NCBI GenBank assembly: GCA_036172245.1
Contig: JAYWIR010000007.1
Span: forward strand, 2,170,001-2,234,000
Direction of reading: 5' to 3'
DNA from: Raillietiella orientalis
Taxonomy: Eukaryota
Length of the DNA: 64,000 nucleotides
Shown here: positions 40,251 through 51,899 of the stretch, one piece after another
Numbering within the stretch: the first letter of the stretch is position 1
How the letters are laid out: each line of letters begins with the position of its first letter
Translations under genes and position numbers: made by a program
The notes under the pieces: generated by a model
Databases searched by the model: none
What the model was told of the DNA's origin: nothing
What the model saw: the letters and a program-made list of their open reading frames with translations, nothing else

Positions 40251-40645
40251 GCGCAGACCGTGACTACGTCGTCTCCGAGGCGAACGAAAAGCAATAAGAC
40301 AATACACACAAAGCAGCAGTCATGTCGTTGGTGCTGAAGAGAGCACGAGCCGGGGAAGAAGACTCTCCGAACAAGCAAACAGCCACGCGACAGGGTGCAA
40401 AGGTTTAGCACCGCAGACGTGAACGTCCACGGCTCACAAGCAGACTGAGGAGGTTCCCTGGAGAGAGAGCGCCTTTCGCTTAGCAGCCACCCACTCCTTG
40501 CCTACCCTTCGCTACTATCTCTGGAACTCCGTTTCGTTCAACCCGTTCCCACGAGGTACAGAGTCGTTCACTGTTGCAAAAGTCTCCGGGCTGGGGACTC
40601 GTGAGAAAGACTGTCTTGTGGCCGCTCAATGCTTTCGATGACTCT

Positions 40646-41560
40646 CTCGCTGTTATGCCGGGGCAATTATTTTGTAGACTGATGGCGCTAGATTTTTGTG
40701 TGGAGTCCTAGGTAATGCCACGTGCAACGAACCTGCCTAAGACCGATGCACAGAGTCCCACTTCGGCAGCTTGGGTGCAGGGAAAGAAAGAAAGAAAAAA
40801 AAAAAAAACAATAGTAGACACGAAGGGGAAATTATACACGAGGGAGGGAGGAACCGATGAAGGGATCATAGAACATTGCAAGGAGAACTCTGCATCCTGT
40901 TCACGAAGCTGGGCGTGTTTCCTTGGCATTGCAACCCAGTGCCGCCATATCGAGGAGGTCTTCAGCAAGATCCGTGGACAGCCGATGCCATTTCGAACTC
41001 TTCTGGTATTCCAGGCTGCTACAATTCCACAAAGACAGCAGGGAACTGCGAGCGAAGTTGCTGCAGCAGAGCAGAGCGGCACACACGAAGAGGACTTTTC
41101 AAATGGCCGCGGTTGGCGCCAGCCGGGAGTCCTAGGATGGTCGCGAAAAGATCCCAAAGAGGTCGGAGGGCAGCACAGTCCAACGGCAGCTGCGAGAATA
41201 TCTCTTTCTTCCAACACCTATCGCACTCGGCGTCCACGCTCCCCCGTACCCAGTGGTGAAGGCGCGCTTCGTTCGGGATTCCCCATGCACCAACAGCAAC
41301 GCCAACTCCTGCCGCTTCGGGAGCAATGCGCCAATGTTCCAGCAATCTCGCGGACACTTGACGACTTTCAAAGGGATTTCGAGCAGCTCTACCCAACCTA
41401 GAGGTGCCTGGAGTGGGCCACTCGCGGTCGCGTCATCCTTCGCTTTCCGAGCAGTTAGCGCCTCCAATACCTTCTACCTTGTTGCTATGAGGAAAGTCAC
41501 TTCCCTCCTTCCCTCCTCACGCTGTCCCTTGCGTCCCTGAGGGAGGGCAGCGCAGAGGAA
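40646..41560 (-). mobile_element. Decayed LINE 3' fragment - copy F
   Basis: WGIPNEARLHHWVRGSVDAECDRCWKKEIFSQLPLDCAALRPLWDLFATILG; 3' UTR homologous to D/E. Confidence 0.82.
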
Positions 41561-43048
41561 GTAGTCCGTTTCCCTTCCGTTTGCTAGGGAACGCTCAATG
41601 TAGCCCTGGCCCGGGTTGTCTACGAAAGATGCCTTGAAGGGAATCACTAATTTACAGTCTTCAGAGCGGCTACCCAAAGGGGGTTTCTCCTCGTTTCTTC
41701 CCGTGAGGGATCACTCAAGGAAATCGCTTCTGTTTGCCCCGCGCGCTTCTAGATCTCCGGAACGGCAATCCCCTAGGTCCATGTTTGTCACCGAGCGTGC
41801 CCCACAAGAAGGGGGAACGCGTTATCATAACCAGTAGGGACGGGCTCCTTGATTCCTATGTGGTACCTGGAGGGTCGAATTCCATTCCCGGCCAGAAAAC
41901 AGGTACATCCGCGGGTTTGCGGCTTCCTCCAGTGCCGCTCCCGAAGCTTAAAGGCCAACCTTCGTCATCCTGCGGCAGAGGGTGGGCACTGGAAAGGCAC
42001 GACGCATCCCCTGTTGTTGGCAGCGAGACTTCCCCTGGTTTGATTGGAACCCGGAGCTCTCGGTGCCACGTACGAAGGCCGTTGCCAAGCGGCTGCCGAC
42101 GCGGGCTGGCCGCTCGCTGCCGTCCACCGCAACCAGGAAGCAGGGCGACGGGTCAGTTCATGGCATTAAGTATGCGACAAACCTTCACAATGGTTGCAGA
42201 TAGTCTGTTCCACACCCGAGGTGTGCTTCAAGAGGTGAATGGGGACCCAGAAAGCACCACTCCCGATTCCCATGGCTGCTAGCGATGGAAAAAGCGCGCT
42301 GTGTTGTACCTGTCGGAGGACATTCGTTGCCCCGAGTTATTGCAGCGTCGTCTGGCGAAAGCAATCGGTCAAACCCACGGCATCGATGCTCTCTGAGGGT
42401 GTTGGCACCCGCAACAGCAGATGCTGCGTGCGAAACACCGCTGCACCGCTGCTTCCAACGCGAGCTCCGAAACGCGGACTTTCGTAACCGTGGAAATGTT
42501 ATGACATGGGATGGCGGTTTCTTGGTGTTCACCTGTGTGCAACACAGGTCTCTGGACCCACACTTTCCACATTTCCTAAAAAGTGGACGCGAGTTCCCGT
42601 TTCGAGGTTTCGTGAGCGTGCATTTCCGTCTGGATGTCCGAGAGTCAGGATGCAGGCGGCTGGCACCGCAGCCGCTAGGAATACGCGCCATGTTCGAAGC
42701 AAGGAGCAGCACTGCAAACCCCGTGCGCCGTCAACAGCCATGCTCGGATTCCGAATCCGCTACAGATGGGGATTTCCACAGACCAGAACCAGCAACACGG
42801 AAAAGAAGAAATCGGACCGCAAAGGGAGTCCTTCCCTTCCTCTGCAGACAGTGAATCCAGTGGGTTAGGATCAAGGGTTCCTACTTATCAGGATGCCTAT
42901 TACTGCTTTCGTAATTTCCTTTGGCTGAGACCGACCAGCTGTTCAAACAGATCCGGGAGGTATATGTAGACACCACCTCGTTCGGTGCTAGCAGAAGATT
43001 GCTTCGGCTTGGGAACCCACCACGGACCCAGGTTCCCCGACCAACAAC

Positions 43049-43165
43049 ATGGCTCGTTCGCAGTGGCTCACTTTGCTCCTGTTCTTCTGCACAAGCCTGA
43101 ACATCTCCCTTGCTGGGTCTGATGCCGTCCCCCGAGCTCGTGAGGAAGACGGGACGATAGAAAAG
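43049..43165 (+). CDS. Candidate first exon of a secreted protein (signal peptide)
   Basis: CAAC-ATG-G context; MARSQWLTLLLFFCTSLNISLA is signal-peptide-like; consensus donor AAG|GTGAGT at 43166, phase 0. Confidence 0.5.
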
Positions 43166-44590
43166 GTGAGTCGATTTGCAGTCCGTGCTCGGGAATCGCG
43201 AGCCGTGCCCTCCATTCCGTCCCGAAGAATACGGTCAGTCCATCGTGCTTCGCGTGTACGGCGGGGTCCGTTCGAACCTGCAGGACAGGGTGTCCCGCCT
43301 GATGCGCACACGGTTCAGCGTGCGTTGGAGGCAGCGGGCGCGTTGACGTGCGCTCGCCTCTTCGGAGGGACGCCGTACTGTCCGGACGTCGTGCTTGGCT
43401 CCTCTCCTCGTGCTCAGCTTTCCATTGGCTACGCTGCGACGGACACCAACACCGCCGGAGGAACGTTTCCGCCGTTCCCTTCGAGCGACGTCGCACGCGT
43501 TGCGTTTCCGGTCTGCGTGCGCGCGTCGCAGACCATGGTCCGAAACCTTGCACGAGCTCCTAAGGAAGACTTTCCGGAGGAAAAGCCGCGCCGCTGACGT
43601 CAAAGTGGTCGGTGGGGAGATCACTGCTCCCGCGTCTCTGCGTTACAGACGTCCTTGCGATCGGCATCGCAACTTCGGCTTCGAACCTTCCCACTCAGTC
43701 AAGGGGTCGGCTGTCGCCAGCGCAGGACAGGACTCCCCCACCAGAGACGTCTCTCTCTGATTACGAACATCCCCGCTAGCCAGAGGCTACTTCTCTGCCG
43801 GAACTCGGAGTTTTTCTTTGTTTTTGGTTCGCAAAGTGCTCATGAACCGTCCGCCTCCTCATGGAGGGGGAGGAGGAATGTCAGGGAGCTCTTTAAGACT
43901 CTTCCATGACGCTTAAAAGTGCGTGGGCGTCCGACTCTTCGAACCATTGGGAGTCATCGCGTAGGGGACGCCCTATGACTCCAGGAAGGCTTCAGACGAA
44001 GGAGTCCCTTCCTCTGGAGTCGCTTATGACGAAATCCGGAAGAGAACACTTCCGGATTCCCTCCCATCTTTCTTTCCGTAGGGACTCATCGTGGGGGAGC
44101 CAATCCTCGTTTCATCTCCAGTGGGAGACGCGAGGGATCCGCTCCTTTTTTTTTCCTCCTCTGAAGTGCACCGCGGAGGGACGCTTCGCATTTTCTCTGA
44201 ATGGCGCTTATATAGGGGCCGCGTAGAGTCTAAAGTGCTTCGTAAGGAGGTCGTCGGATTTTCAGGACTTCTTGAGGACCAAAAAAAAAAAATGCTGGAA
44301 GGAAAGCAGGGAAAGAGAAGAACCCCAAACAAATCCCATGATCCCCGGCTGCTCCCGCCGGACGCTCGTCCTCTCGAAGACAATCCTTGGGCGATCGCGT
44401 ATTTTCCGTCCCTTCATCTTCCCGTCCTGCCACGCGCGGTGGTGGGAATAGACGCCGTTCTCAGCTGGGGAGGCGCTTTCCGCCCCGCTGATCTCACCGT
44501 TTGCTCAGCGGCTCTTCCGCGTCGGAAAACGCTGCCGATGGTCCATCCAACATTCAACGGAAATCCGTTCATCGCAGCGTTTCTTTCCAG

Positions 44591-45094
44591 GTGAATCGTA
44601 GGGCAATAAAAGAGAAGGTCGGACACCCACCGCCCACGGAGGAATGGTCTAGGGATGAAGCTGTCAAGCGTTTGGGACCTAGGTATGAACCTACTTCGCG
44701 TGGACTTACTAAACCTTCGCCTACTTGGTATTCACGTCCTAGGTATTGGCCAACTACCACGAGCTGGAATACAGAAACTTGGCCAACAGATTCTACGTAT
44801 TGGACTCGTACGTATGGACCTACTACGCGGAGACCTACTTGGTATACACGTTCTACGGGAAGACCTACCACGAGATGGCATACTCGGCCTACACGACCTA
44901 CGAATTCGCGTCCTATTACGAACACTGCTACACGTAGAACTACGTGGCATCCACAGCCAACCAAAAATAGGGACCCTGACCGTGACGTGCCAAAGGTTCG
45001 TATTACGAACGTGCGCAATGCTGCCCGCGACGCGTTCCATGGCCTTCGTTTCCGTCCAGAACCTCGCCAGGGCGGTCCCAGAGCGAGAGGCTAA
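44591..45094 (+). CDS. Candidate exon of a Thr/Arg/Pro/Trp-rich repetitive protein
   Basis: Acceptor tttctttccag at 44590, phase 0; degenerate peptide repeats PTWYSRP, PTWYTRS, PTTRWHTRP, TTWHPQP. The frame either stops at 45094 or splices 44996-45059 into NLARAVPEREAKSFLKT* (45060-45113). Confidence 0.55.
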   Translation: MNRRAIKEKVGHPPPTEEWSRDEAVKRLGPRYEPTSRGLTKPSPTWYSRPRYWPTTTSWNTETWPTDSTYWTRTYGPTTRRPTWYTRSTGRPTTRWHTRPTRPTNSRPITNTATRRTTWHPQPTKNRDPDRDVPKVRITNVRNAARDAFHGLRFRPEPRQGGPRARG

Positions 45095-45499
45095 AAGTTT
45101 CCTCAAAACTTAGGTGTAGAGGGAGGGAGAACGAATAGGGAGCGTTTGAGTCCCATAATTCATACAGACGGCCCCCCTTGCACAAGGGAACACACTGGGA
45201 GCAGCTGACCCTTGGTGCTCTCTCTCCCCGTACCTAGAGGTAGCACTCCGGGTGACTCTCAAGGGATACGGGACGAGAGGCTTCCACCTCACTCTAAAGC
45301 GGACACCGAAGCAAGATGGGGTGTTTCGTTACCCGGTGACAGAGATACATTCCTTGGCTACGCCCGTTCTTTCGGTTGCCGACTCGTTACGGGAAGTGCC
45401 CATCCATCTCTTCATTTCTGCTCCCTCTTCGTTTTCACGATTGCGAGCAGACGACCGGCCCTCCACGCCTCCGACGCGTTGGAATGCTTACCTGCGCTA

Positions 45500-47200
45500 A
45501 AGAGAAAGGTAGCGGGGAAGGTGAAGGAGAGATCGCCAGACCTGAACCCGAAGGTGCCGCAAGAAATCTCGGTCCTCGGGGCGTCTTTGGGAATCCGGGC
45601 GCATCCCCTCGCCTTCGAGAACCTCGGGCGCCGAGCGACGCTCAGGAGGGCGGTCTGCTACCAGGGAAGAGCGACGGACTCTCTGCCTGTCGAAGTGGTG
45701 GACCCTCTCTGTCGACCGACCGTGGATGCGAACCCAAGCCCAACCGGCGCACTCCCTGTCCGCGCGCGCCTCCCTCTCGCACCGAGACGCCTGGCGGCTG
45801 TGGAACGAAGGAGGCCGCATCGCCGCGCAAAATGCTCTCTCATCTCCTCCATCTCTCTCCGTCAAAGATCTTTGAATACTTCTTCCAGAGAGATCTAGGA
45901 GGTTTTGTGTCCCTATTCCTCGAATGGGATCGACACTTTTAGCGTCTAGCTGCGCCGACGGGCTCCAGAGCTGCGGCCGATTCACCATGAAGGCAATAAA
46001 CGTGCTGACCGTGACGTTCAATGCTGTTGAGAGGAAGAAGGGAAAGAAAGGAGAGGGGGAAGGAAAGTAATTTTCCTGGTGCACCCATTAACTTGACGAC
46101 CTCTTCGCCCTTCACATGCCGAAGGCCCCGATTCCGAATGACGCTCCCGTGCGACGGAAGCGCCCTCTTCCTCGATATTGGAGAAGCATCTTTGCTCTCG
46201 CACGTCGAAGGGAATCTCCAGGGAAGGGGCATCTGGCAACCCTGACAAAGAAAGCGTTGTTTCGAGATGTCTCCACAGCGCACCGTTAGGGATCCGGAGC
46301 GGCCTCCGAGATCAGCTTCGCATCCCCGGTGCAGCTTCTAGGTTGTCCCTGCACGAGAAGCACCCCTGCTGTCCCGCGGCAATTGCGTTTTTCCAGAAGC
46401 CTTCCTCAGCAGAAGTGGCGACGATCAGCGTTTCGGGGGACACCCCCCGCACGACGGCAGGAAGGCCGAAAGACATACGGTGCCGGCAAGGAAGTCTGGA
46501 AAGTCGAGGTTTCAGGAAAGTCGAACCTCCTTTGGGAGCACTGGACAAAGGTTTTGGGACCCAACTTGGCGCGACAGGAGGCACTCCTACCCTCAGGCGA
46601 TAGGCTAGGCAAGCCCTTTGGCCCGACCAGTGTCCTCCGACCGCTGCTGGATACCTCTTCTCCCTGTCGGACGGGCAACCACTGAGTGATCAGGTCATAT
46701 CCTCCTCTCGCGGCCGCTTGGAGCTCACCTACCGCTGCGATAGCAGCGAAGCGTGCGGAGAACGCGGATGGAAGGGACCTCTTTGTGGCCGAAGCATTCG
46801 GCGTCCTCAATGACAGTACGGGGTTGCCCAGGAGGCCCTGGGCACCAGCCCACCCTCTGTGAAAGATGGGGAGTCCCGTCCTCAGCACACCAACCTCTGC
46901 ACGAACATTTCAAGCACGCGAGAACCTGCCTCAACGCGGATCTGAAATCCCTCTCGCGCTCCTGTCCTGAAGGAGACATCGGCAGATCGGACCAAGGAGG
47001 AATGAGGAGTGAACCGCTGCGCATGCAAGCATGGTGTCGACCCAGTGTTCCTAAGACTGCCTCGTAGCCGACCACACCTGCTCCTGCAGGATGGTCTCGC
47101 ATGCCGGCATTCGCAGTTGACCTCCAACGCAGCCTCCGATCGCGTGCACGAGCATGCCGACCTGGATGCCTACTCCCCAAATGTTACGAAGAGACGGCCA
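45500..47200 (-). mobile_element. Very old LINE RT remnant
   Basis: Degenerate motifs in the expected order across frames: PKGGS, GQQGCFSCRDNLEA, GDISK..F, NRGLRH. Confidence 0.4.
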
Positions 47201-49690
47201 GGACAACACCGGCGGCCATCGCTGCAGACGCTTCGCCTGCTTCGCGGGAGGTCAGCATGACTGGCTGCGGCTGGTGGAGCCTTTCTCCCTGGGGGAGGAG
47301 AGGAGGGAGCGACCTGAATGGACCTCGCCCACTCGTCCAAGGACCCTCCAGCACGCTGCCCTGTACAACAGATCCATCTGCCACGTACGCGAGCGAACGC
47401 GGGACCGCACCCACGTGTCCGCGCGCTCGTATGCTTCGACCGAGCGGGCGACTGGGCATGCGCCCGTCCTATCGTCCTTGCGAGGTAGGACCTCAGCCCG
47501 CACGACCTTTGACACCCGATTGCTCCGAGTCATTTATTGCTGCTTCAATCAAAAAATTCAAGCAAAAGAAAAGAAATCAAAGTTGAACAGTGCACTCCGG
47601 TTCACTGATTCCCACGAAATTCACCGGGACGCAGCTCCAGGGAGAAACCTGATGACTTGCCGTTCAAGACCAACCCGGAGTAGGAGGGGGCATGGTTCCA
47701 AAAATATCAATCAACAAAGAAACCTTCGTAGTGGGTTCGGCCGGAAGAGAGGGAGGACCGTCGGTGATCCCTGGAGCTGCTCGGCATCCTGTGCGGGTTT
47801 GTTGGAGCGCCATGCAGAAGCCCGCAGACCCTGGAAGATGGGGTGTGGGACGGATGTGCGATTGCAGCCCCGGACACGTCACTAACAGCGAAACCCATCC
47901 CAGCAAGGAACGACGCAACCTACTCGGACGTCAGCGGATCGCGAGGCGTCCGGCGTTCTCGTCCTCTGTCTCCTATATTGGGAGGCACGTATGCCGTCTC
48001 GGGTTCATGTACTTAGAGGTCAGCGTCGTAAGTTCCCCGAGCAACGAGAAGGTCACGCTCAGCACGGAGCTCCACCCCGCGTTTCCCCACATTCCGTCTT
48101 TCGGAGGATTCCATGGATTTTCAGACTGTGGACTTCCGCCTGCCTCTCGACCAAACCTCGGCCGACCACACCGGGAGTGTCCAGAAGACAAGGTAAAGAT
48201 GGGGTGTACAGTGTGCGGGCCTCTTGGATCGAGATGCATTCCACACGGATGCTAGAAGCATTCACCCCAACCCGCACGGCGAACGTAGTCGTGAAAGCAG
48301 CACGCGCGAAAGACGGGAAGTCGCCTACCGGTTCTTCTAGTCCGTGTGGTTCTTTTCTCAGGAAGAAACTGTTGCCCTCGACGCGTAGTGTTCCCTCCGT
48401 GTACACCGTGGAAACGGGACGAAGTCGTCTGGGGAGGACGAAGAGGGTAGGCGCCGCGGTACCTCTCCCCAGATGTCCTCCCAGAAGATCGCAGAACCCG
48501 TGAGCACACTCGTGTCGTGAGGTCTCCGTGACCGCGCGGGATCGGGAGGAAGATTTAAGGATAGGCGATCCGGGGACCGTCCCTACGGCAACCGCACGAT
48601 GGAAATTTCCGAAGCCCTCTGGTTTCAGATGCCTCGAAAAGGAAAGAAACTAAAATCCACTGGACGCGCGTTCCGTACCATTGCACTCCGGACGAACCCG
48701 AAAATCAGCGTGTCCACCTCCATCCAGATGGGGAAGGAGGAGATCCGTTCGAGGGGAGCGTGCGCCCCTCGCGACGCGCAAGCGCGCGCCCCAGTGGAAG
48801 TCGATTCGCATGGGTTGCGCCGGAACGCGACCGGTCCGCCCCACCGGACCCTCCGCTCATCTCCTAAGAAGGTCCCTTGCAGAGCCCTTGCATCCCTTCC
48901 CCTCCTCCTTTTCCTCGCGGCGAGATCTGCCGAACCCGCTCGTGCCTGGCTCCAAATTTGCCCTGCCGCACGGCAACCGCCGGCTCCCGATCCCCAGCTC
49001 GTCCGCGACCAGCTTTCCGCTTATCTCCCGCAATTCGCTCAACGAGGCGCTCCGGAAACCGCCCCCCCCCATCCGCTCCTGGCAACCGTTGCCTGCTTGC
49101 TCACCAGGACCGGCATCCCGCGCAGCGGTCCGCGAGCTCGCAAACGCGCAGGAATCGGCTCGGTCGCTTCCCTCGAAACGATGCAACGGAGTCCCACTTG
49201 CTTCCTGAGGGAATCCCAGGCTTCGATTGGAAGGACGGAACAGGGGCTGTGTGCGGATGGAAGCGCGGCCGGCGAGACAGCTGGCAGAGAAAGCCGAAGC
49301 CTTCAAAGGAAAGAGAAAAACATCATCCGAGCTTATTGAAAATGTGGGGAAAGCTGGTCGATGGCTTTCGCTCGACATGCGTCGAAAGCCACCTTCTCGA
49401 GCAAAGTTATCCAAGGAGTACATAATAAATTCAACATAATTGCATACCACGAAAACGAAATCGGAAGATCGATTAATGCTTCCTTCGTATTTATAGCATT
49501 TATTTTTCTGTATTTTCGGGTGTTCGTCTTCCTGTCGTTAGGGATAGCCATCCGCGTTTGTTTCCTGATCGGAATAATCTTTAACGAAGCATTGCCCAAT
49601 CTGAAATGGCTTGCGGGAGGCGACTTTTCGCTGTGTCCCAGGAGCGCAGTACTCGCTCGCTGTGGCTTATCCAGGAGCGCAGGAAAGTGT

Positions 49691-50450
49691 CACCCGGGTG
49701 CGCCAGTTCATTTTTCAGGCAAGGAAAACTCTACAATTTTTGTGGAAGTGGCGGTGGTCCAGCCACGTTTATTTCAAATGGAATCTGCCGGGTTGCCGGT
49801 ACGCCGAGTGGTGAGGTTCGCATCGGTGGCAGAGGGAAGGAGGCATAGAAAAACTCCCGAAAGGAACAAAAATAAAAATGAATACATAAACCTGGGACGG
49901 TGCAGGATGGGATGACGTTCTGCTGGGGGTGGTTCTTATGCATCCTTATGAGAATGCCGGTAAATTCACGCTGTGTATTGTTCAGGTGGGGCCATTTTGT
50001 TGCTATCCTCAAGAAGTGGAGGGTTATGTGGATGGCATTCCTGTTGCTTTGTCCTCCTCTTTCATCTGTCCAGTCCACTGCAGTCCCACGCAGTCAGCAG
50101 AGAGCTGCTGGCGAGGCTGACAGCCGAAGGCTGTCGCGTACGAGGAGTGGTCTTAATGCATCTCTGGAGTTGCCGCAGGGGGTTCCTAGGATTGCGGCAA
50201 GGCAGGCAGGGGAGCAAAGCACGACCGTGTGGTTCAGCAGAACGCAGCTTCACCCAGAGGAGGACCACTGAAGCATTCCGTGCACTTTTTCTATGGCATC
50301 TGAGAATCTTTAAGGTCAGGTCTGGGAAGTCAAACTGGGAGCCTGAAAACACGACAAAAAGGTTAGCTGACTTCCTCGTGATCCAGTTATCACAAATTCC
50401 CTCGACATCCAGGCGCAACGGTCCGAGTTCTTTGCGTTAGGATCTCGCGG
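49691..50450 (-). mobile_element. Decayed LINE 3' fragment - copy G
   Basis: TKWPHLNNTQREFTGILIRM aligns to GWPQLGRMKEDLEGILQRM; 3' UTR CTGCC...CCCGGCAG. Confidence 0.75.
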
Positions 50451-51899
50451 CTTCGGATTGTCAATGGCGGCCTCTCTGTCCACTCCGAAAGAGGATTGTA
50501 GGACCAATGCCACAAGGAATCTGTACAGAATGTTCACGCGGAAACCCACGTCAGGATGTTATCGTTCCCCTGTGTCAGACTCTGGGGTAAGAAAACCTGC
50601 TCTTTTACACATGTTCTGTGTTGTTGTGTCGGGAAGAAACCCAAAGGAGCACCTACTTTCTACTGACAGTGGCAGTTCTCCCATACACCCAGTTGCAAGT
50701 GGGTCACTCCGTTAATAAATATGCATCAGCTGTAAGTACACGCATTGTACCACAGCGTGCTTTTACATTACGCCAGGCTTGAAATATATTCGAAGTAATA
50801 TCTGTGAGAGAGGATTTAGAACATGCTTTCATTCGATGAACACCAATAATGTTGAGTAGATTAATAAATATGTAGTATTCTATAGTATGATTAGGGGAAA
50901 CTGGAATGTAACCAAAAAAAAAAAGGCAATTCGTCAGTTGGCCGAGGATGGTCAGGTTATACTTTTAAAAGAATGATCAGCTGAAATCATGTGGAATGAA
51001 ATCAAACTGATATTCTGCTTTTTTCATTTTTCTTTTTTCAATTCTGGTCTGCAAAGTTCTCAAAAACGGTTGCTTTTCCCCAGAGGCGCCTGGAAGCGGC
51101 TCAACAACGCCGCCACGTGGGTGGTTCACGAAACTCTTCCACTGCCGCGCGAGCCCTGCCTGCTCTCCCACAGGCGCGTGCAATGACGAGAGGGGACCAG
51201 GCAGGGATAGCATCCCAATTCCCAGCTGCCAATCAGTAGGGCGCCCGGCGGTGGACTGAAGCACCTCCTGCCGGAAGCAGGAGCACCCGGAAGTCTGGAT
51301 TGTCCCCACGTCCGACAAGTGGCGGGGTGAATATTCGGAAGCCTGGAACTACCCCCATGCGTGGGTGGTGGAAATTCCACTGCGTGGGTATTTAAACCCC
51401 TCGACGCTCGGTGCCGCGCGCGAACGCCCCGTCCTCACGGACGCCGTCGCGGCGTCTGTGCTTCAAAATGTCTACCTGACCATCGGGGATGCGGTTTTCA
51501 ATTTTTTTTTCGTGCGTAACCTTTCAAGCAGCATCGAGGTAGTTTCCTTCCTGCGCTTTCGCAGGGAGCTAGCCGGTCCAAGAGCTAGGCGATGCCCATC
51601 TCCCGGTTCACCCAAAGAAGCACTTGTAGCGCGCACTTCCCCGCGAGCTGGCGCTCCCTCCGTCAGCGGCGGCGCATCGAGAAAAAGGTCAGAAGCATGC
51701 CAAGGGAGGAGGCTCGGAAAAAAAGGCCTTCGCGGAAGGATTGGCGGGGAGTAGGAAGAGAGGAGGGAGGGGCGGGGAGCATCGAATGCAGGATCTGAAG
51801 CACACCGTGCGCCGCGGGGAATCTGCGAACGCTCCTTGGAAGGAGACAGCCGCTATCCGCTTTTGTCTACCGGGTGGCACTGACGGGGCCGCTGGTCGT

